A stretch of 54,986 nt of DNA. Origin: a virus (taxonomy: Duplodnaviria > Caudoviricetes). Positions 8,879 to 18,601 of the stretch are shown here, piece after piece (position 1 is the first letter of the stretch; every line of letters starts with the position of its first letter). A program made the position numbers and the translations under genes. The stretch spans positions 1 to 54,986 of the IMG/VR virus record IMGVR_UViG_3300044795_000115; one strand, written 5' to 3'. Under the pieces are notes generated by a model. It was not told the origin of the DNA. It did no database searches and worked only from the letters and a program-made list of their open reading frames with translations.

Positions 8879-9076
8879 ATGGCACGTAGAACACGCTCGG
8901 AAAGAACTCGCACCAAGTCCACCTTCGATGCCGATTTCATTACCCCGCTTACCGAACCCAAGCAGGGCCCCAATGTCGGCCCCGACGTCTTCAATCCCCC
9001 GGAATTCGCTCCCGCTGACCCGCTCGGCTACTGCCCTGGCGGCAATGCTCCTGGCTCCATCCGAGGTGACGATTAA
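8879..9076 (+). CDS. Small protein with basic N-terminus
   Basis: GGAGG SD; TAATG coupling to the next gene. Confidence 0.75.
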   Translation: MARRTRSERTRTKSTFDADFITPLTEPKQGPNVGPDVFNPPEFAPADPLGYCPGGNAPGSIRGDD

Positions 9077-9585
9077 TGGCGGCTATGCCGATGCCATTCC
9101 CGGGTGGTATGCCCCCGCCTGGTCCTGGCGGTGCCGGCGATCCCATGGCCGGTGCTATGGCGCGCGGCATCATCGATCAGCTCGCCGGCCGCGGAGCCTC
9201 CCCCATGCAGCAAGGCGGCATTACCGGCGGGCAGGCCCAGAACCCGCAACTGGTCTCGCAGCTGCTTGGCTCCCGCCTGGCTGAGCTTGGCGGCGCCGAT
9301 CCTGGCGCCATCGGACGGATGATCTCGGAGATGAAACAGAAGCTGGTCACCATCGTTCCGCATATCGCCATGGTGATTCCCAACACCACCAAGCACATCT
9401 CGGCCATGGTCACTGCCGCAGACAAGCTGCTTGAGGAAATCAACAATGCCTCGCAGACGCAGAATGCGGTGCAGTCTACGCCTATTGGGGGATCCATTGC
9501 TGCACTGCAACCGGGCACTGGTGCCGGGCAAGGCATGTTCCCCGGCCAGCCGCCTCAGGGCGCCATGCCGCCGTGGACGATGTAG
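9076..9585 (+). CDS. P/G/Q-rich head-module protein
   Basis: Lies between portal and scaffold; low-complexity ends with a helical core. Confidence 0.75.
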   Translation: MAAMPMPFPGGMPPPGPGGAGDPMAGAMARGIIDQLAGRGASPMQQGGITGGQAQNPQLVSQLLGSRLAELGGADPGAIGRMISEMKQKLVTIVPHIAMVIPNTTKHISAMVTAADKLLEEINNASQTQNAVQSTPIGGSIAALQPGTGAGQGMFPGQPPQGAMPPWTM

Positions 9586-9593
9586 GAGATTGA

Positions 9594-10472
9594 ATGCCTG
9601 AGAAACAACAAAAAGCCGATTGGGCCAAGATCCTGAAAGACACCAAGAATTACTCCGATGAGATGGCGATCCCCTTGGCCGATGGCTCGACCATGCTTCT
9701 CGGCGATATCCGCGCCTATAACGCGGCCACCGAAAACTCCGTCCAGAAGCAGTTGCAGGACATCGCCCAGCGCGAGCACTCGACCAAAGTGGCCGAGACT
9801 ACGGTTGCCCAGAACTACCTCACGCTCGAGCAGCAGCGCAAGGATTTTGAGCAGCAGAAAGCCTTGTGGGAACAGCAGTTCAAGCAGGGAAAACCCCCGC
9901 GCGAGAACCGTGATGCCATCGAGGATGTGCTCGAGTCCGACCCTGTCTACCAGCGCCTGTCCAAATCGCAAAAAGACATCTTGGACAAGTTCGATCAGTA
10001 CCAGAAAGCCATGGACGAGCGCCTGCAGAAGATCAATGAGACCTTCAACACCATGGGCTCAACTTATCTGGGCGACACCTACCAGCGCACGACGGCTGAC
10101 ATCAAGGCCCGCAATGATCCTTGGGCACCCAAGGACATGACTGCCGAGACGCTCTACAAATACGCTGCCGACAACCGCATTGCCCGCCCTAACGGCATCC
10201 TCGATCTCAACCGCGCCTACGACCAGATGACCACGCCGGCGCGGCTGGAGTATGAGACCAAGCAGGCCTATGACAAAGGCAAGACCGACGCACTCAAGGA
10301 GCGCGATGCGGCCGCCATGATGCCGCGGCCCGGCGGAGCCTTTGATATTCCTGGCCTCGACAATGCGCGCCTCGACAAGCTGATGAACGGTGTGCAGCGG
10401 GCCAAGACCTTGGACGAAGCCTTTGCGGCGGCCTCGAGAGATCCTAGCATGTTTCATGCGGGAGAAGTTTAG
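9594..10472 (+). CDS. Putative capsid scaffolding protein
   Basis: Coiled-coil-like, directly upstream of the MCP, AGGAG SD. Confidence 0.7.
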   Translation: MPEKQQKADWAKILKDTKNYSDEMAIPLADGSTMLLGDIRAYNAATENSVQKQLQDIAQREHSTKVAETTVAQNYLTLEQQRKDFEQQKALWEQQFKQGKPPRENRDAIEDVLESDPVYQRLSKSQKDILDKFDQYQKAMDERLQKINETFNTMGSTYLGDTYQRTTADIKARNDPWAPKDMTAETLYKYAADNRIARPNGILDLNRAYDQMTTPARLEYETKQAYDKGKTDALKERDAAAMMPRPGGAFDIPGLDNARLDKLMNGVQRAKTLDEAFAAASRDPSMFHAGEV

Positions 10473-10510
10473 TACCACATTGTGGTAGTCCCACAGAGTA
10501 GGAGTTAACT

Positions 10511-11506
10511 ATGCCGGTCTCACCAAGTGGTGCGCAGGGAACTGGACTACAACAACCGCCGGTTGCATTGCTGAACACCGCCAATGCCATAACTACAAAA
10601 TATCTCATCCCGATCTTGGGCGACCAGGTACTGGTACCTAGCCCCACATTGTGGGCCATGACGAGGAATGGCAAGAAGTTCTCGGGCGGCGAGCTGGTGT
10701 ACGCCTTGCTCACCATGGAGGAGATGACCGGCGGCGCCTACTGGGGCAACCAGCTGCTCGACACCACCATCGTCGATTCCGTGCAGCCGGCCAACCAGTT
10801 ATGGAAATTCTATCGCCAGTCAATCGCCATCCCGATCACCGATGTGGTGCTGAACCGCGGCGGCGCTGGTGCCCTCGATCTGATTCGCTCGAAATATCAG
10901 ATCGCCACTGGCTCGTTCATGATGAAGTTGTCGCGCGCGCTGTGGCATACCGCTCCGCAGAATACTTCGCTCGATGTGGACGACATTGACAGCTGGGTAG
11001 GCCAGACCACCAACACCATCGCAGGCATCTCGCGGGCTCTCGCTGCTAACTCCTGGTGGCTGCCGGCTGCTCCGGTTTCTGCCAATAACGTTGCCCTCAC
11101 CGCCAACATTGCCGAGCAGGCCTATCAGAGTGTGGTCTATGGCTACGATGAGCCGGACTTGCTGGTCATGGACAACACCCGCTTCGCCAATTTTAAAAAC
11201 AACTTTACTCAGCTGATCCGCTTTGTCGATTTAGAGCAGGACGAAACCGCCCTGCAGACCGGCTTCCGCTACCACTTCATGTACAACAACGCCATCGTGA
11301 TGGCCGACCGTTTTACCCCGGCTAACACGGCGTATTTGCTAAACACAAAGTACATCTTCCCCACGTTTCATGAATTGGACTACTTCTCGGTGGAACCGTT
11401 TATCAAACCCACGAATCAGCGCACCATTGTCTCGACGATGTATCTGACTTGGAACGTCGTCAATCTTTCACCGCGCATGTCGGTCAAGCTGACCAATCTT
11501 ACGTAG
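10511..11506 (+). CDS. Major capsid protein
   Basis: 331 aa, AGGAG SD; GGELV, IAGISR...WW and PDLLVM patterns of HK97-fold capsids; synteny. Confidence 0.9.
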   Translation: MPVSPSGAQGTGLQQPPVALLNTANAITTKYLIPILGDQVLVPSPTLWAMTRNGKKFSGGELVYALLTMEEMTGGAYWGNQLLDTTIVDSVQPANQLWKFYRQSIAIPITDVVLNRGGAGALDLIRSKYQIATGSFMMKLSRALWHTAPQNTSLDVDDIDSWVGQTTNTIAGISRALAANSWWLPAAPVSANNVALTANIAEQAYQSVVYGYDEPDLLVMDNTRFANFKNNFTQLIRFVDLEQDETALQTGFRYHFMYNNAIVMADRFTPANTAYLLNTKYIFPTFHELDYFSVEPFIKPTNQRTIVSTMYLTWNVVNLSPRMSVKLTNLT

Positions 11507-11519
11507 GAGGCAATCACTC

Positions 11520-11897
11520 ATGGCATGGCTTCGTTCATTAAGGGATCAGGTTCCTGGCATCGGTGCGGCCAACTACTATGCCAACAGCTTGACGGCGACC
11601 GGGAGCTCGGTCGCCTCAGGTGCCGTGCGTGTACCCAACGGCACTGCTAACTTGCAGCCTACGGCTTCACGCGGCAGGATCCGCATCAAGATCACGGGCG
11701 CGGGCGGCGCCATTACCTCCGTCACCGGCACCGACGGCACGAATACGGTTAACCTGCTTGGTTCGGTTACGTTTCCCGCTACCGGCGATTCAGAACGCCT
11801 GTTCGAGTTTATGACCGACCTGTATCTGACGTCGATCACCGCCAATACAACCGGCGGAACGGCGACCGACGTTGAGTTGGTTTACGCTGTGGGATGA
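11520..11897 (+). CDS. Putative capsid cement/decoration protein
   Basis: G/T/A-rich protein right after the MCP, AGGAGG SD, followed by a terminator. Confidence 0.65.
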   Translation: MAWLRSLRDQVPGIGAANYYANSLTATGSSVASGAVRVPNGTANLQPTASRGRIRIKITGAGGAITSVTGTDGTNTVNLLGSVTFPATGDSERLFEFMTDLYLTSITANTTGGTATDVELVYAVG

Positions 11898-11924
11898 GAC
11901 GTTGCTTCCTTGGCGAGCACAACT

Positions 11925-11957
11925 GCCGGGCCGGCTATCCTTCCGGCTCGGCTTTTT
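11925..11957 (+). terminator. Rho-independent terminator
   Basis: GCCGGGCCGG-ctatcctt-CCGGCTCGGC-TTTTT. Confidence 0.85.
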
Positions 11958-11971
11958 AGTAAGGAGGCGTG

Positions 11972-12145
11972 ATGATGTGGGGGGTTTTCAATACCGAGGA
12001 TCCTTACCTGGTTCATGTGGCGCCTTGTAACCGGGTTGGCAACATCGGAGAAGGTCATGTGCTCAAGTTGGAATGCCCCTGCACCTGGCACGTCGAGGTG
12101 TCAGAGCTGGGTGTGCGCATCATAGTGCATGAGGAAGCGAATTAG
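11972..12145 (+). CDS. Small His/Cys putative metal-binding protein (57 aa)
   Basis: AAGGAGG SD; HVAP...GH...CPC...IIVH; not in the ORF track. Confidence 0.7.
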   Translation: MMWGVFNTEDPYLVHVAPCNRVGNIGEGHVLKLECPCTWHVEVSELGVRIIVHEEAN

Positions 12146-12147
12146 CC

Positions 12148-12354
12148 ATGGCGAAGAAGGAGTTCTTCTTGCAGCGTGCCCGCGCTTCCATGAAACGGCG
12201 AGGCACCGAAGGCGCCTTTGGAAAAGCGACTTCGAAGAAGGTCTCCCGCGGATTGAAGTCACGGTCGCTTACGAAAGTCAGGCGCGCTGCCTTTGCCAAA
12301 GCCATGAGAACCATCGCAGCCCGCCGCCGGCGTCGCGGTGGTCGGAGGAGTTGA
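12148..12354 (+). CDS. Arg/Lys-rich microprotein
   Basis: MAKKEFFLQRAR...RRAAFAKAMRTIAARRRRRGGRRS. Confidence 0.8.
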   Translation: MAKKEFFLQRARASMKRRGTEGAFGKATSKKVSRGLKSRSLTKVRRAAFAKAMRTIAARRRRRGGRRS

Positions 12355-12488
12355 TGGCCAGAATGTCGAAGTTCCGCTTTCGTGGCGTGATGCATCCCCG
12401 CATGCGTCAACGCCAGGGCATCAAAACCGTGGGCCCGGATTATCGTGCCGGACGCAAGCCCAGCCGCCGCCCAGGAAGGAGATTGTGA
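12354..12488 (+). CDS. Arg-rich microprotein (44 aa)
   Basis: MARMSKFRFRG...RKPSRRPGRRL; TGATG overlaps at both ends. Confidence 0.75.
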   Translation: MARMSKFRFRGVMHPRMRQRQGIKTVGPDYRAGRKPSRRPGRRL

Positions 12489-12655
12489 TGGCACGTCGCA
12501 CGATAGATTCGCTCGAGGAAAATCAGACTGAACCCGCCTATGTGAGAGAAGAAAAACGGCCGGAAGAACGTATGCTGGGTATACGCGGTGGGCGGCGCGG
12601 TCGTCGCGCCAAAGCCAAGCGTGCTAGCCGGGCCAGAGGAAAGAGAGCTGCGTAA
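12488..12655 (+). CDS. Microprotein with Arg-rich tail (55 aa)
   Basis: MARRTIDSLEE...RGGRRGRRAKAKRASRARGKRAA; AAGGAG SD; coupled to the adaptor gene. Confidence 0.75.
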   Translation: MARRTIDSLEENQTEPAYVREEKRPEERMLGIRGGRRGRRAKAKRASRARGKRAA

Positions 12656-14016
12656 TGCCGTATGTAGGTGATGTGATAATGAGTGCCCGTGAGGCAATCC
12701 CTGACCCTCCTCAGGTGCTGCCTCCTCCTGGACTAGGGGCGGTAACCGCAGCGGCGGGGGGCACCTTCAACCCCAACACCTACTATCTAGTTCTTACCAT
12801 GCTGACGCCATGGGGTGAGACTCTACCATCCAACGAGGTCTCGGTAACCCTTACCCCGGGCAACCAGACCATGGTGATCAACTGGGGCCCACCCTCTTAC
12901 GGAACCAACTTCAGCTACGTCAGCCCCAAGTTAACCGTTCGCATCTACCTTGGCTGGCTGGGCAGCGGCCAGCAGGATTCCTACCTGGAGTTCAATAACG
13001 TTAGCAGTCCTATTGTCTTGTCAGGTGGTCAGGGACAGTTCTTGACTCCGGTACCTGGTGTTCCACCTCAGCGCTCCTCTGCCTACCTCCCCGATACCGA
13101 CGGCCGCCTGATCAACGCCTCGACGATGTTCCGCTGGCTGAACGAAGCCCTTAATCTGCTTGCGGTCAAAGCTGGCGGCATCCTGGATACCACCGGCGTA
13201 GCCACGGTAGGAGGCCAGGCTCACTACAACCTCCACCAGAAGTGGATCAAGGTCTCGAAGATCTGGTTTGATGGCTGGGAGATGCTCAAAGGCCAGCGCA
13301 CCGACATCTTCTACCGCAACGCCATCACTGCTATCTCCGCCCTCAGCGTGACTATGCGTCAGGCCGAGTACAGCGAGATCGAGATCTTCCCCCAACCCAA
13401 CCGCACCTCCGGTTCCTCGGTAACCACCGCCCCGATCGCCCTGTTCGACACCACCTTCACGGTCAACTCGACAGGGGGTTGGGTTCTGCCCTTTGGCCTC
13501 GCCCGCATCACCCCTCCCAGCACTGGTGGAGTCATGTGGCCAAACGGCAGCCAGGAAGAAGTGGTTGCCTACAGCGGCTTCAGCGGCAACACCTTCTACG
13601 GGGTCCGCCGCGGCCTGGGAGGCACCTACGTAGGGGGCAGCTGGATCTACTACGGCTCAAACGACCCCCGCATCAACGTGGGGTGGCCAGCCGGGTCAAC
13701 CGTTGAGGAGCTTAACGTCCGCATCAGCGGCTACCGCATGGCCAACACCTACGCTCCAGGTATGAGTAACATCACCCTTACCATCCCTGACGGCTGGGCG
13801 GAATGCCTGCCGATTTACATGGACGCGAAAGCGCTCGATTTCCAGGGCGCGAAATCCGATGCGGCGCAAAAGCGTAAAGAGTTCCTGGCCTACGCCGACG
13901 ACATGGCAAGACAGAATAAACCGCCTTTGCAGGGACCTGTGCAGGTCGGCTCCCGCGGCGGCATGAACAACGAGATTTACACGCCAGGGCTTGGCGGAGG
14001 GTGGATCATTCAATAG
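12655..14016 (+). CDS. Head-tail adaptor / tail tubular A-like protein with inserted beta domains
   Basis: VGDVIMSAR...MFRWLNEAL adaptor-like helices split by an insertion; position after the capsid genes. Confidence 0.7.
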   Translation: MPYVGDVIMSAREAIPDPPQVLPPPGLGAVTAAAGGTFNPNTYYLVLTMLTPWGETLPSNEVSVTLTPGNQTMVINWGPPSYGTNFSYVSPKLTVRIYLGWLGSGQQDSYLEFNNVSSPIVLSGGQGQFLTPVPGVPPQRSSAYLPDTDGRLINASTMFRWLNEALNLLAVKAGGILDTTGVATVGGQAHYNLHQKWIKVSKIWFDGWEMLKGQRTDIFYRNAITAISALSVTMRQAEYSEIEIFPQPNRTSGSSVTTAPIALFDTTFTVNSTGGWVLPFGLARITPPSTGGVMWPNGSQEEVVAYSGFSGNTFYGVRRGLGGTYVGGSWIYYGSNDPRINVGWPAGSTVEELNVRISGYRMANTYAPGMSNITLTIPDGWAECLPIYMDAKALDFQGAKSDAAQKRKEFLAYADDMARQNKPPLQGPVQVGSRGGMNNEIYTPGLGGGWIIQ

Positions 14017-14024
14017 GAGGAATT

Positions 14025-14171
14025 ATGGCAGTGAGACGTACTGGACGGCCCAGACAAGCAATGACCCGGCCATTCTCGGTTTCCGGTCGCAAGGCCGGCG
14101 GCAGGGCCCGCAACGTGGTCACGCATCAGCAACGCGCTACCACCCACGCGCACCGCAAAGGGCGGCGCTAA
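14025..14171 (+). CDS. Arg-rich microprotein (48 aa)
   Basis: AGGAGG SD; MAVRRTGRPRQ...HRKGRR; not in the ORF track. Confidence 0.75.
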   Translation: MAVRRTGRPRQAMTRPFSVSGRKAGGRARNVVTHQQRATTHAHRKGRR

Positions 14172-14183
14172 GGAGAATTGTGA

Positions 14184-17100
14184 GTGCCACTCACCCGGCA
14201 AGAGTTGCCGCTGGCATCGGTAGAACAGCGCAACTTCATTCGCGGTCTGAACGCTGCCTCGCCTATCGTGGCCCAGCCCAAAGGCACCATTCCCCGTGTC
14301 TCCAACCTCGTTCTGACCAAGCGTGGAGGCCTGCGTCTCTGCGATGGCAGCCTGATCCTCAGCAGCTATCTAGGCAATCCCCCTACCCCTGGCGTCCAGG
14401 GCCCCTGGCTCGACCTCTACCTCTACGCCCCTAACCAGGTCACCCGTTATCTTGTCGGCTTACAAACAGCCAAGGGTTCCACCTATCAGCTTAAGGACGT
14501 CAACCCGGCCACGGTTCAGATCAACGGGGTTCCCGGTGGAAACTTAGGTCTCCCTCTTTCCCTTGCCGCCTGGACTCCCAACACCGCCTACCAAGGCAGC
14601 AGTGGTCCTCTGGGCTTCCACTCCGTCATCCAACCTGCCGGGGTTGGCAGCTTACCCCCTACCGTCGCCGCCAACGTCACTCCTACACAGAACCTGTCCT
14701 CCGCCAGTCCTTGGACCATCGTAGCCGGGGTCACGAACAGCAGCTGGACGAGCAACTGGGCCCAGACCCTCTTCCACTCCTTCTGGCTCTACATGACCGG
14801 CTTCGGGTTCAACGTAGCTCCGTCGGCCAACATCAGCTACGTCACCGTCACCATCAACTACACCATCGTCCCGGCCTGGCCTCAAGGCGACACCACCAGC
14901 CTTCCTCAGATGTGGATCGGCTTCCTCAAGAACGGTCAACCCTTTGGCCCCCTGTTCTATGAGAGCACTCCATCCATCGGGATCTCTGGCAGCCGGACCT
15001 TTACCCAGACCACCGGCTGGAGCCCAGCCGACCTCAACAACGCCAACTTCGGCGTCTACATGGCCTGGGCCAACGGTGCCGATGTCTATCCATTCACCGA
15101 CCGCACCATCACCATCACCGGCGTCAGCGTCACCATCCCGGTGGGCACCTCTTACTTTGTCTGCATTCAGACCGGCGTCTCAGGCGCTACCCAGCCCAAC
15201 TGGGCATCCGCCGGTCAGGTAGGCGACGAGATCTCCGACGGCAGCGTGATCTGGGTCAACAGCTACCCTCCTCTGGAGTACTTCTGGATCATCACCGTTG
15301 TTGACGCCTTTGGTGGCCAAACTTCTGGCATCAGCATCCGTCCTCCCGACTTCACCCCACCCAACGGTCCCCCAGCCAACTGGCATCCTGGCAACCTAGC
15401 GCAACTTTCCTGGGCCCCAGTAGGGGGAGCAGCCGGATACAACGTCTGGCGGTGTCGGGCTGGGGGCAACTTCGCCCAATTCGCAGGCTCAACCAATGTT
15501 CCCAGCTTCACCGACAACGTACCGGACAGCCAGCTGGGGGTCATCCACTTCACCTCAAATCCTAATACCTCAAGCTACGCCACGGTTTTCTGGAAAATTC
15601 CCGAAGGCTCCTACACTGACCAAGGCAGCCCCAATGACGTGTTAAATATCTTTCCTCCTGCCTATCTGCCACCGCTGGGCTGGTCGCTCGGCCAAGGTGG
15701 CGGCTCCACGGGGGCCGGTGGAGCAGGAGCCGGGGTCACGTCCTGTGGCGGCATCCTAGGTGCAGTGGGTCCGCTGCCCCAGATGCTTCAATTCACCAAC
15801 CAGATCGTCATGTGTCTCGGGAACGGGATCGCTCCCTACAGTTATCCTGATCCTTCTCTCTTCGTTCCTTTCCCCCCTGGGGGAACGGTCCCGCCTATCG
15901 ATTTAACCCTCAACAACGGGCCAATTGAAAACAACTTTGTACCTGCTTACCCAGCTTGGGGAGCCCAGATTAGTTACTCTGTAGGAGACATCGTCCAACC
16001 AGCTGTTGGAGGTAACCCTAGTGTCCCCGGTTCGGGCAACCCTGGTAACTACGCCTTTACCGTAGTCCAGTCAGGCATCTCCGCTCAAACCGACCCTGAC
16101 TGGAATAATGCCCAAGTTATCGGTCGCCGGATCAACGACGCTAACGTGATCTGGCAAAACACGGGTGTCCCCAGTGTTCTTGCTCCCCGTGGAGCCGCTC
16201 ACGGCGTCGTCTACGCAGGATCCCTCTGGCTGGCCAACACCTATCCCTACACCACTGCTGACAACCAGGACGGCCCCACTGTCCTCAAGATGAGTGACGT
16301 TAATACCCTCCTCAGCTGGAACCCTCTTAACGTTGCCTTTGTCGGCAGGGACGATGGCACCCAGATCACCGGCCTGGCTACCTACTCCATCGCCGAATCC
16401 GGCATAGCTCCCATCGGCTCCCTCGTCGTCTTCAAGGAATTTGAAACCTACCAGGTAATCGGGGTGTTTGGTGCATTGGACTTCAGTATTCAAAAAGCTC
16501 AGACCGATATGGGTTGTGTGGCTCCTCGAAGCATTCAATTTCTCCCCGGCTACGGACTGGCCAGACTCACACATCTGGGAATAGCGATATTCGACGGCGT
16601 AAGAGACCGGGTGATCTCGGAGGAAATCAGGCCTTACCTGTTTGGCGGCGAGCCAGACATAGCTCAAGTGGACTGGTCGTTCGCTTATCTGTCGAAGGGA
16701 ACGCAGACCGCCACCCCACCCATGTACGTTCTAGCCGTTCCCCGTATGGAACAGGGATCCCCGCCGCCGGTCAGCTTCACAGCTCCCAGCGTAGTCTATA
16801 ACACCAACGTCACGTCTCCCCTCGGTTCTGGCACCTACTGGTTCATTTACACCGCTGTGGTCAACGGCCAAGATGTAGCTGTTTCCGCCGAGACTACCCT
16901 CACCATTCCAACACAGTGGAACAAACTCTTCACCCTAACGGTCACCGTCAACATCTTCGAGATTGTTACCATCCCGGGAGTCACTGCCTGGCGGGTCTAC
17001 TGGGGCAGTGCCCAGGGAGCCGAGAACCAATACGTCGAGGTTACAATCATCGCTGATGGCAATACCGCTGTCACGATCACGCAATTCGGCACTCCGGGTG

Positions 17101-17675
17101 CTCCTGGTACGCAACATGGGGGCCTCACCCGCATCCTGGCTTACGACTTGGTACTCAAAGGCTGGACCGTTATCGATCTCCCGTGGCCGGTTGAGGTTGT
17201 TAAACAAGTCCGCGCTATCTCGTCTCCTCCGGTCACCATAACTGGCGGCTTCAACGATGGCAGTGTCCGGCGCATCCAGGCCGGCGATCCTGACTGGGAC
17301 GGCCTACCCATCAGCTTCAGCGTTCGCACCCCTGAGGTCTATGGCAAAACGGCGAATCAGCCAGTCTTCTACCGCCGGCTCAGCATTCGTGGACAATTCT
17401 TGAACTACAGCTCCAACATGCCGCCCTATCCGCCACCAAACTTCGCCATCAACTTAGTCATTAACTACGATGGTTCGAACCGGCAGCAGCTGCCTGGGCA
17501 GTTCTTCATGCTGGGTGGCGGCAACTTCGAGCTGCGGCTCGAGCTCGGCGATCTTCGCCGCACCGCACACATCGACCTCACCGGCATCGCCAGTCATATC
17601 AACCTTCCGGTCGAGATCCACGAATTCAGCTGGGAAGTCCAGCCTCGCGCGCAGGGGACGCCGCCATGGATCTAG
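14184..17675 (+). CDS. Tail nozzle / DNA-stabilisation protein (P22 gp10 or T7 gp12-like) with inserted CBM-like modules
   Basis: GLN...NLVLTKRGGL N-terminus; DGTQITGL, LVVFKE and GCVAPRSI beta-propeller-type patterns; repeated W...Y / SG..P.W...D..V.W modules. Confidence 0.8.
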   Translation: MPLTRQELPLASVEQRNFIRGLNAASPIVAQPKGTIPRVSNLVLTKRGGLRLCDGSLILSSYLGNPPTPGVQGPWLDLYLYAPNQVTRYLVGLQTAKGSTYQLKDVNPATVQINGVPGGNLGLPLSLAAWTPNTAYQGSSGPLGFHSVIQPAGVGSLPPTVAANVTPTQNLSSASPWTIVAGVTNSSWTSNWAQTLFHSFWLYMTGFGFNVAPSANISYVTVTINYTIVPAWPQGDTTSLPQMWIGFLKNGQPFGPLFYESTPSIGISGSRTFTQTTGWSPADLNNANFGVYMAWANGADVYPFTDRTITITGVSVTIPVGTSYFVCIQTGVSGATQPNWASAGQVGDEISDGSVIWVNSYPPLEYFWIITVVDAFGGQTSGISIRPPDFTPPNGPPANWHPGNLAQLSWAPVGGAAGYNVWRCRAGGNFAQFAGSTNVPSFTDNVPDSQLGVIHFTSNPNTSSYATVFWKIPEGSYTDQGSPNDVLNIFPPAYLPPLGWSLGQGGGSTGAGGAGAGVTSCGGILGAVGPLPQMLQFTNQIVMCLGNGIAPYSYPDPSLFVPFPPGGTVPPIDLTLNNGPIENNFVPAYPAWGAQISYSVGDIVQPAVGGNPSVPGSGNPGNYAFTVVQSGISAQTDPDWNNAQVIGRRINDANVIWQNTGVPSVLAPRGAAHGVVYAGSLWLANTYPYTTADNQDGPTVLKMSDVNTLLSWNPLNVAFVGRDDGTQITGLATYSIAESGIAPIGSLVVFKEFETYQVIGVFGALDFSIQKAQTDMGCVAPRSIQFLPGYGLARLTHLGIAIFDGVRDRVISEEIRPYLFGGEPDIAQVDWSFAYLSKGTQTATPPMYVLAVPRMEQGSPPPVSFTAPSVVYNTNVTSPLGSGTYWFIYTAVVNGQDVAVSAETTLTIPTQWNKLFTLTVTVNIFEIVTIPGVTAWRVYWGSAQGAENQYVEVTIIADGNTAVTITQFGTPGAPGTQHGGLTRILAYDLVLKGWTVIDLPWPVEVVKQVRAISSPPVTITGGFNDGSVRRIQAGDPDWDGLPISFSVRTPEVYGKTANQPVFYRRLSIRGQFLNYSSNMPPYPPPNFAINLVINYDGSNRQQLPGQFFMLGGGNFELRLELGDLRRTAHIDLTGIASHINLPVEIHEFSWEVQPRAQGTPPWI

Positions 17676-18079
17676 CGGTTGAAAGCACCCTCCGAGTACG
17701 GCATTACCATCCCTCGGACTTCGTGCGTCACCTCTTGCCGGAATTCGTGAGCCTGGAGCTCGATCCCAAACTGACTTGGGTGGTCGAGGAAGATGGCATG
17801 ATCAAGGCCGCGTTGCTCGCGGCATACGGTAGCCAGACTGCCTGCTTCCTGCGCCTGGCGGCGACCTCTGATGCTCCGCATAACTGGATGGTATCGCTTC
17901 TCCGCGCAGTAATACGTGACCTCGAAGAGATGAATGCCAAGGTCATCATGGTCTGCCTGTCAGCCGAACGCTGGCAGGAGTTGAAGCTTCTGCGCCTCAT
18001 CCAGCGTGCTGGCGGAATTATGAATCCGCTGGCCGGCTACATCGTCGCCATTCCTGTGGAACAGGCGAGGAGGTGGTAG
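17666..18079 (+). CDS. GNAT-fold-like virion protein (T7 gp13 position)
   Basis: WVVEEDGMIKA strand pattern; synteny after the nozzle gene. Confidence 0.55.
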   Translation: MDLAVESTLRVRHYHPSDFVRHLLPEFVSLELDPKLTWVVEEDGMIKAALLAAYGSQTACFLRLAATSDAPHNWMVSLLRAVIRDLEEMNAKVIMVCLSAERWQELKLLRLIQRAGGIMNPLAGYIVAIPVEQARRW

Positions 18080-18601
18080 ATGCCGGCGGGAGGATTGGCA
18101 GCTCTGGTGCCGCTGTTCGAAGCCATCGCCGCAGCGGCTACGGTGGGTGGAACGGCCTATTCGATCATCGAGTCTAACCGCCAGGCCCAGCAACAAGCTG
18201 CCTACCTCCAGCAGCAGCAGCAGCAGCAACAACAGCAGCAGCAGACGGCGACACAGCAACAGCAAGCCCAGGCGGCGCAATTACGCCAGCAGCAAACCGC
18301 CGCAGTGGCGCGGCAACTGCCTAACGAGCAGGAGCAACTGGGTGGCGCGACGGCGCCTGATTACAACATCGAGCAGGCCCTGAATGCAATTGGTGCGCCT
18401 GGGCAATTGAACTTCGGCACCTCGGGCTGGCAACAAGCCATGGGCGATCGCTCGCTGACTACGCAGTCGTTATTCGGCCTGACTACGCCAGGAGCCACGT
18501 CGCCACAGACCGGCGCCTCGACCGCGCCAGGATTCTGGGAAGGCATTCAGCCGCGTTTTCAAGATCAGCAAGGGGAGCCACAGGTCACAGGAGCAGGATA
18601 A
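18080..18601 (+). CDS. Putative ejection/pilot protein with polyQ tract
   Basis: Hydrophobic AIAAAATVGGTAYS N-terminus; Q12 run. Confidence 0.7.
   Translation: MPAGGLAALVPLFEAIAAAATVGGTAYSIIESNRQAQQQAAYLQQQQQQQQQQQQTATQQQQAQAAQLRQQQTAAVARQLPNEQEQLGGATAPDYNIEQALNAIGAPGQLNFGTSGWQQAMGDRSLTTQSLFGLTTPGATSPQTGASTAPGFWEGIQPRFQDQQGEPQVTGAG

Noticed and set aside
11495-11525. Capsid stop readthrough into the cement gene
   Set aside because: The genes are out of frame, no slippery heptamer is visible, and the downstream gene has its own strong SD
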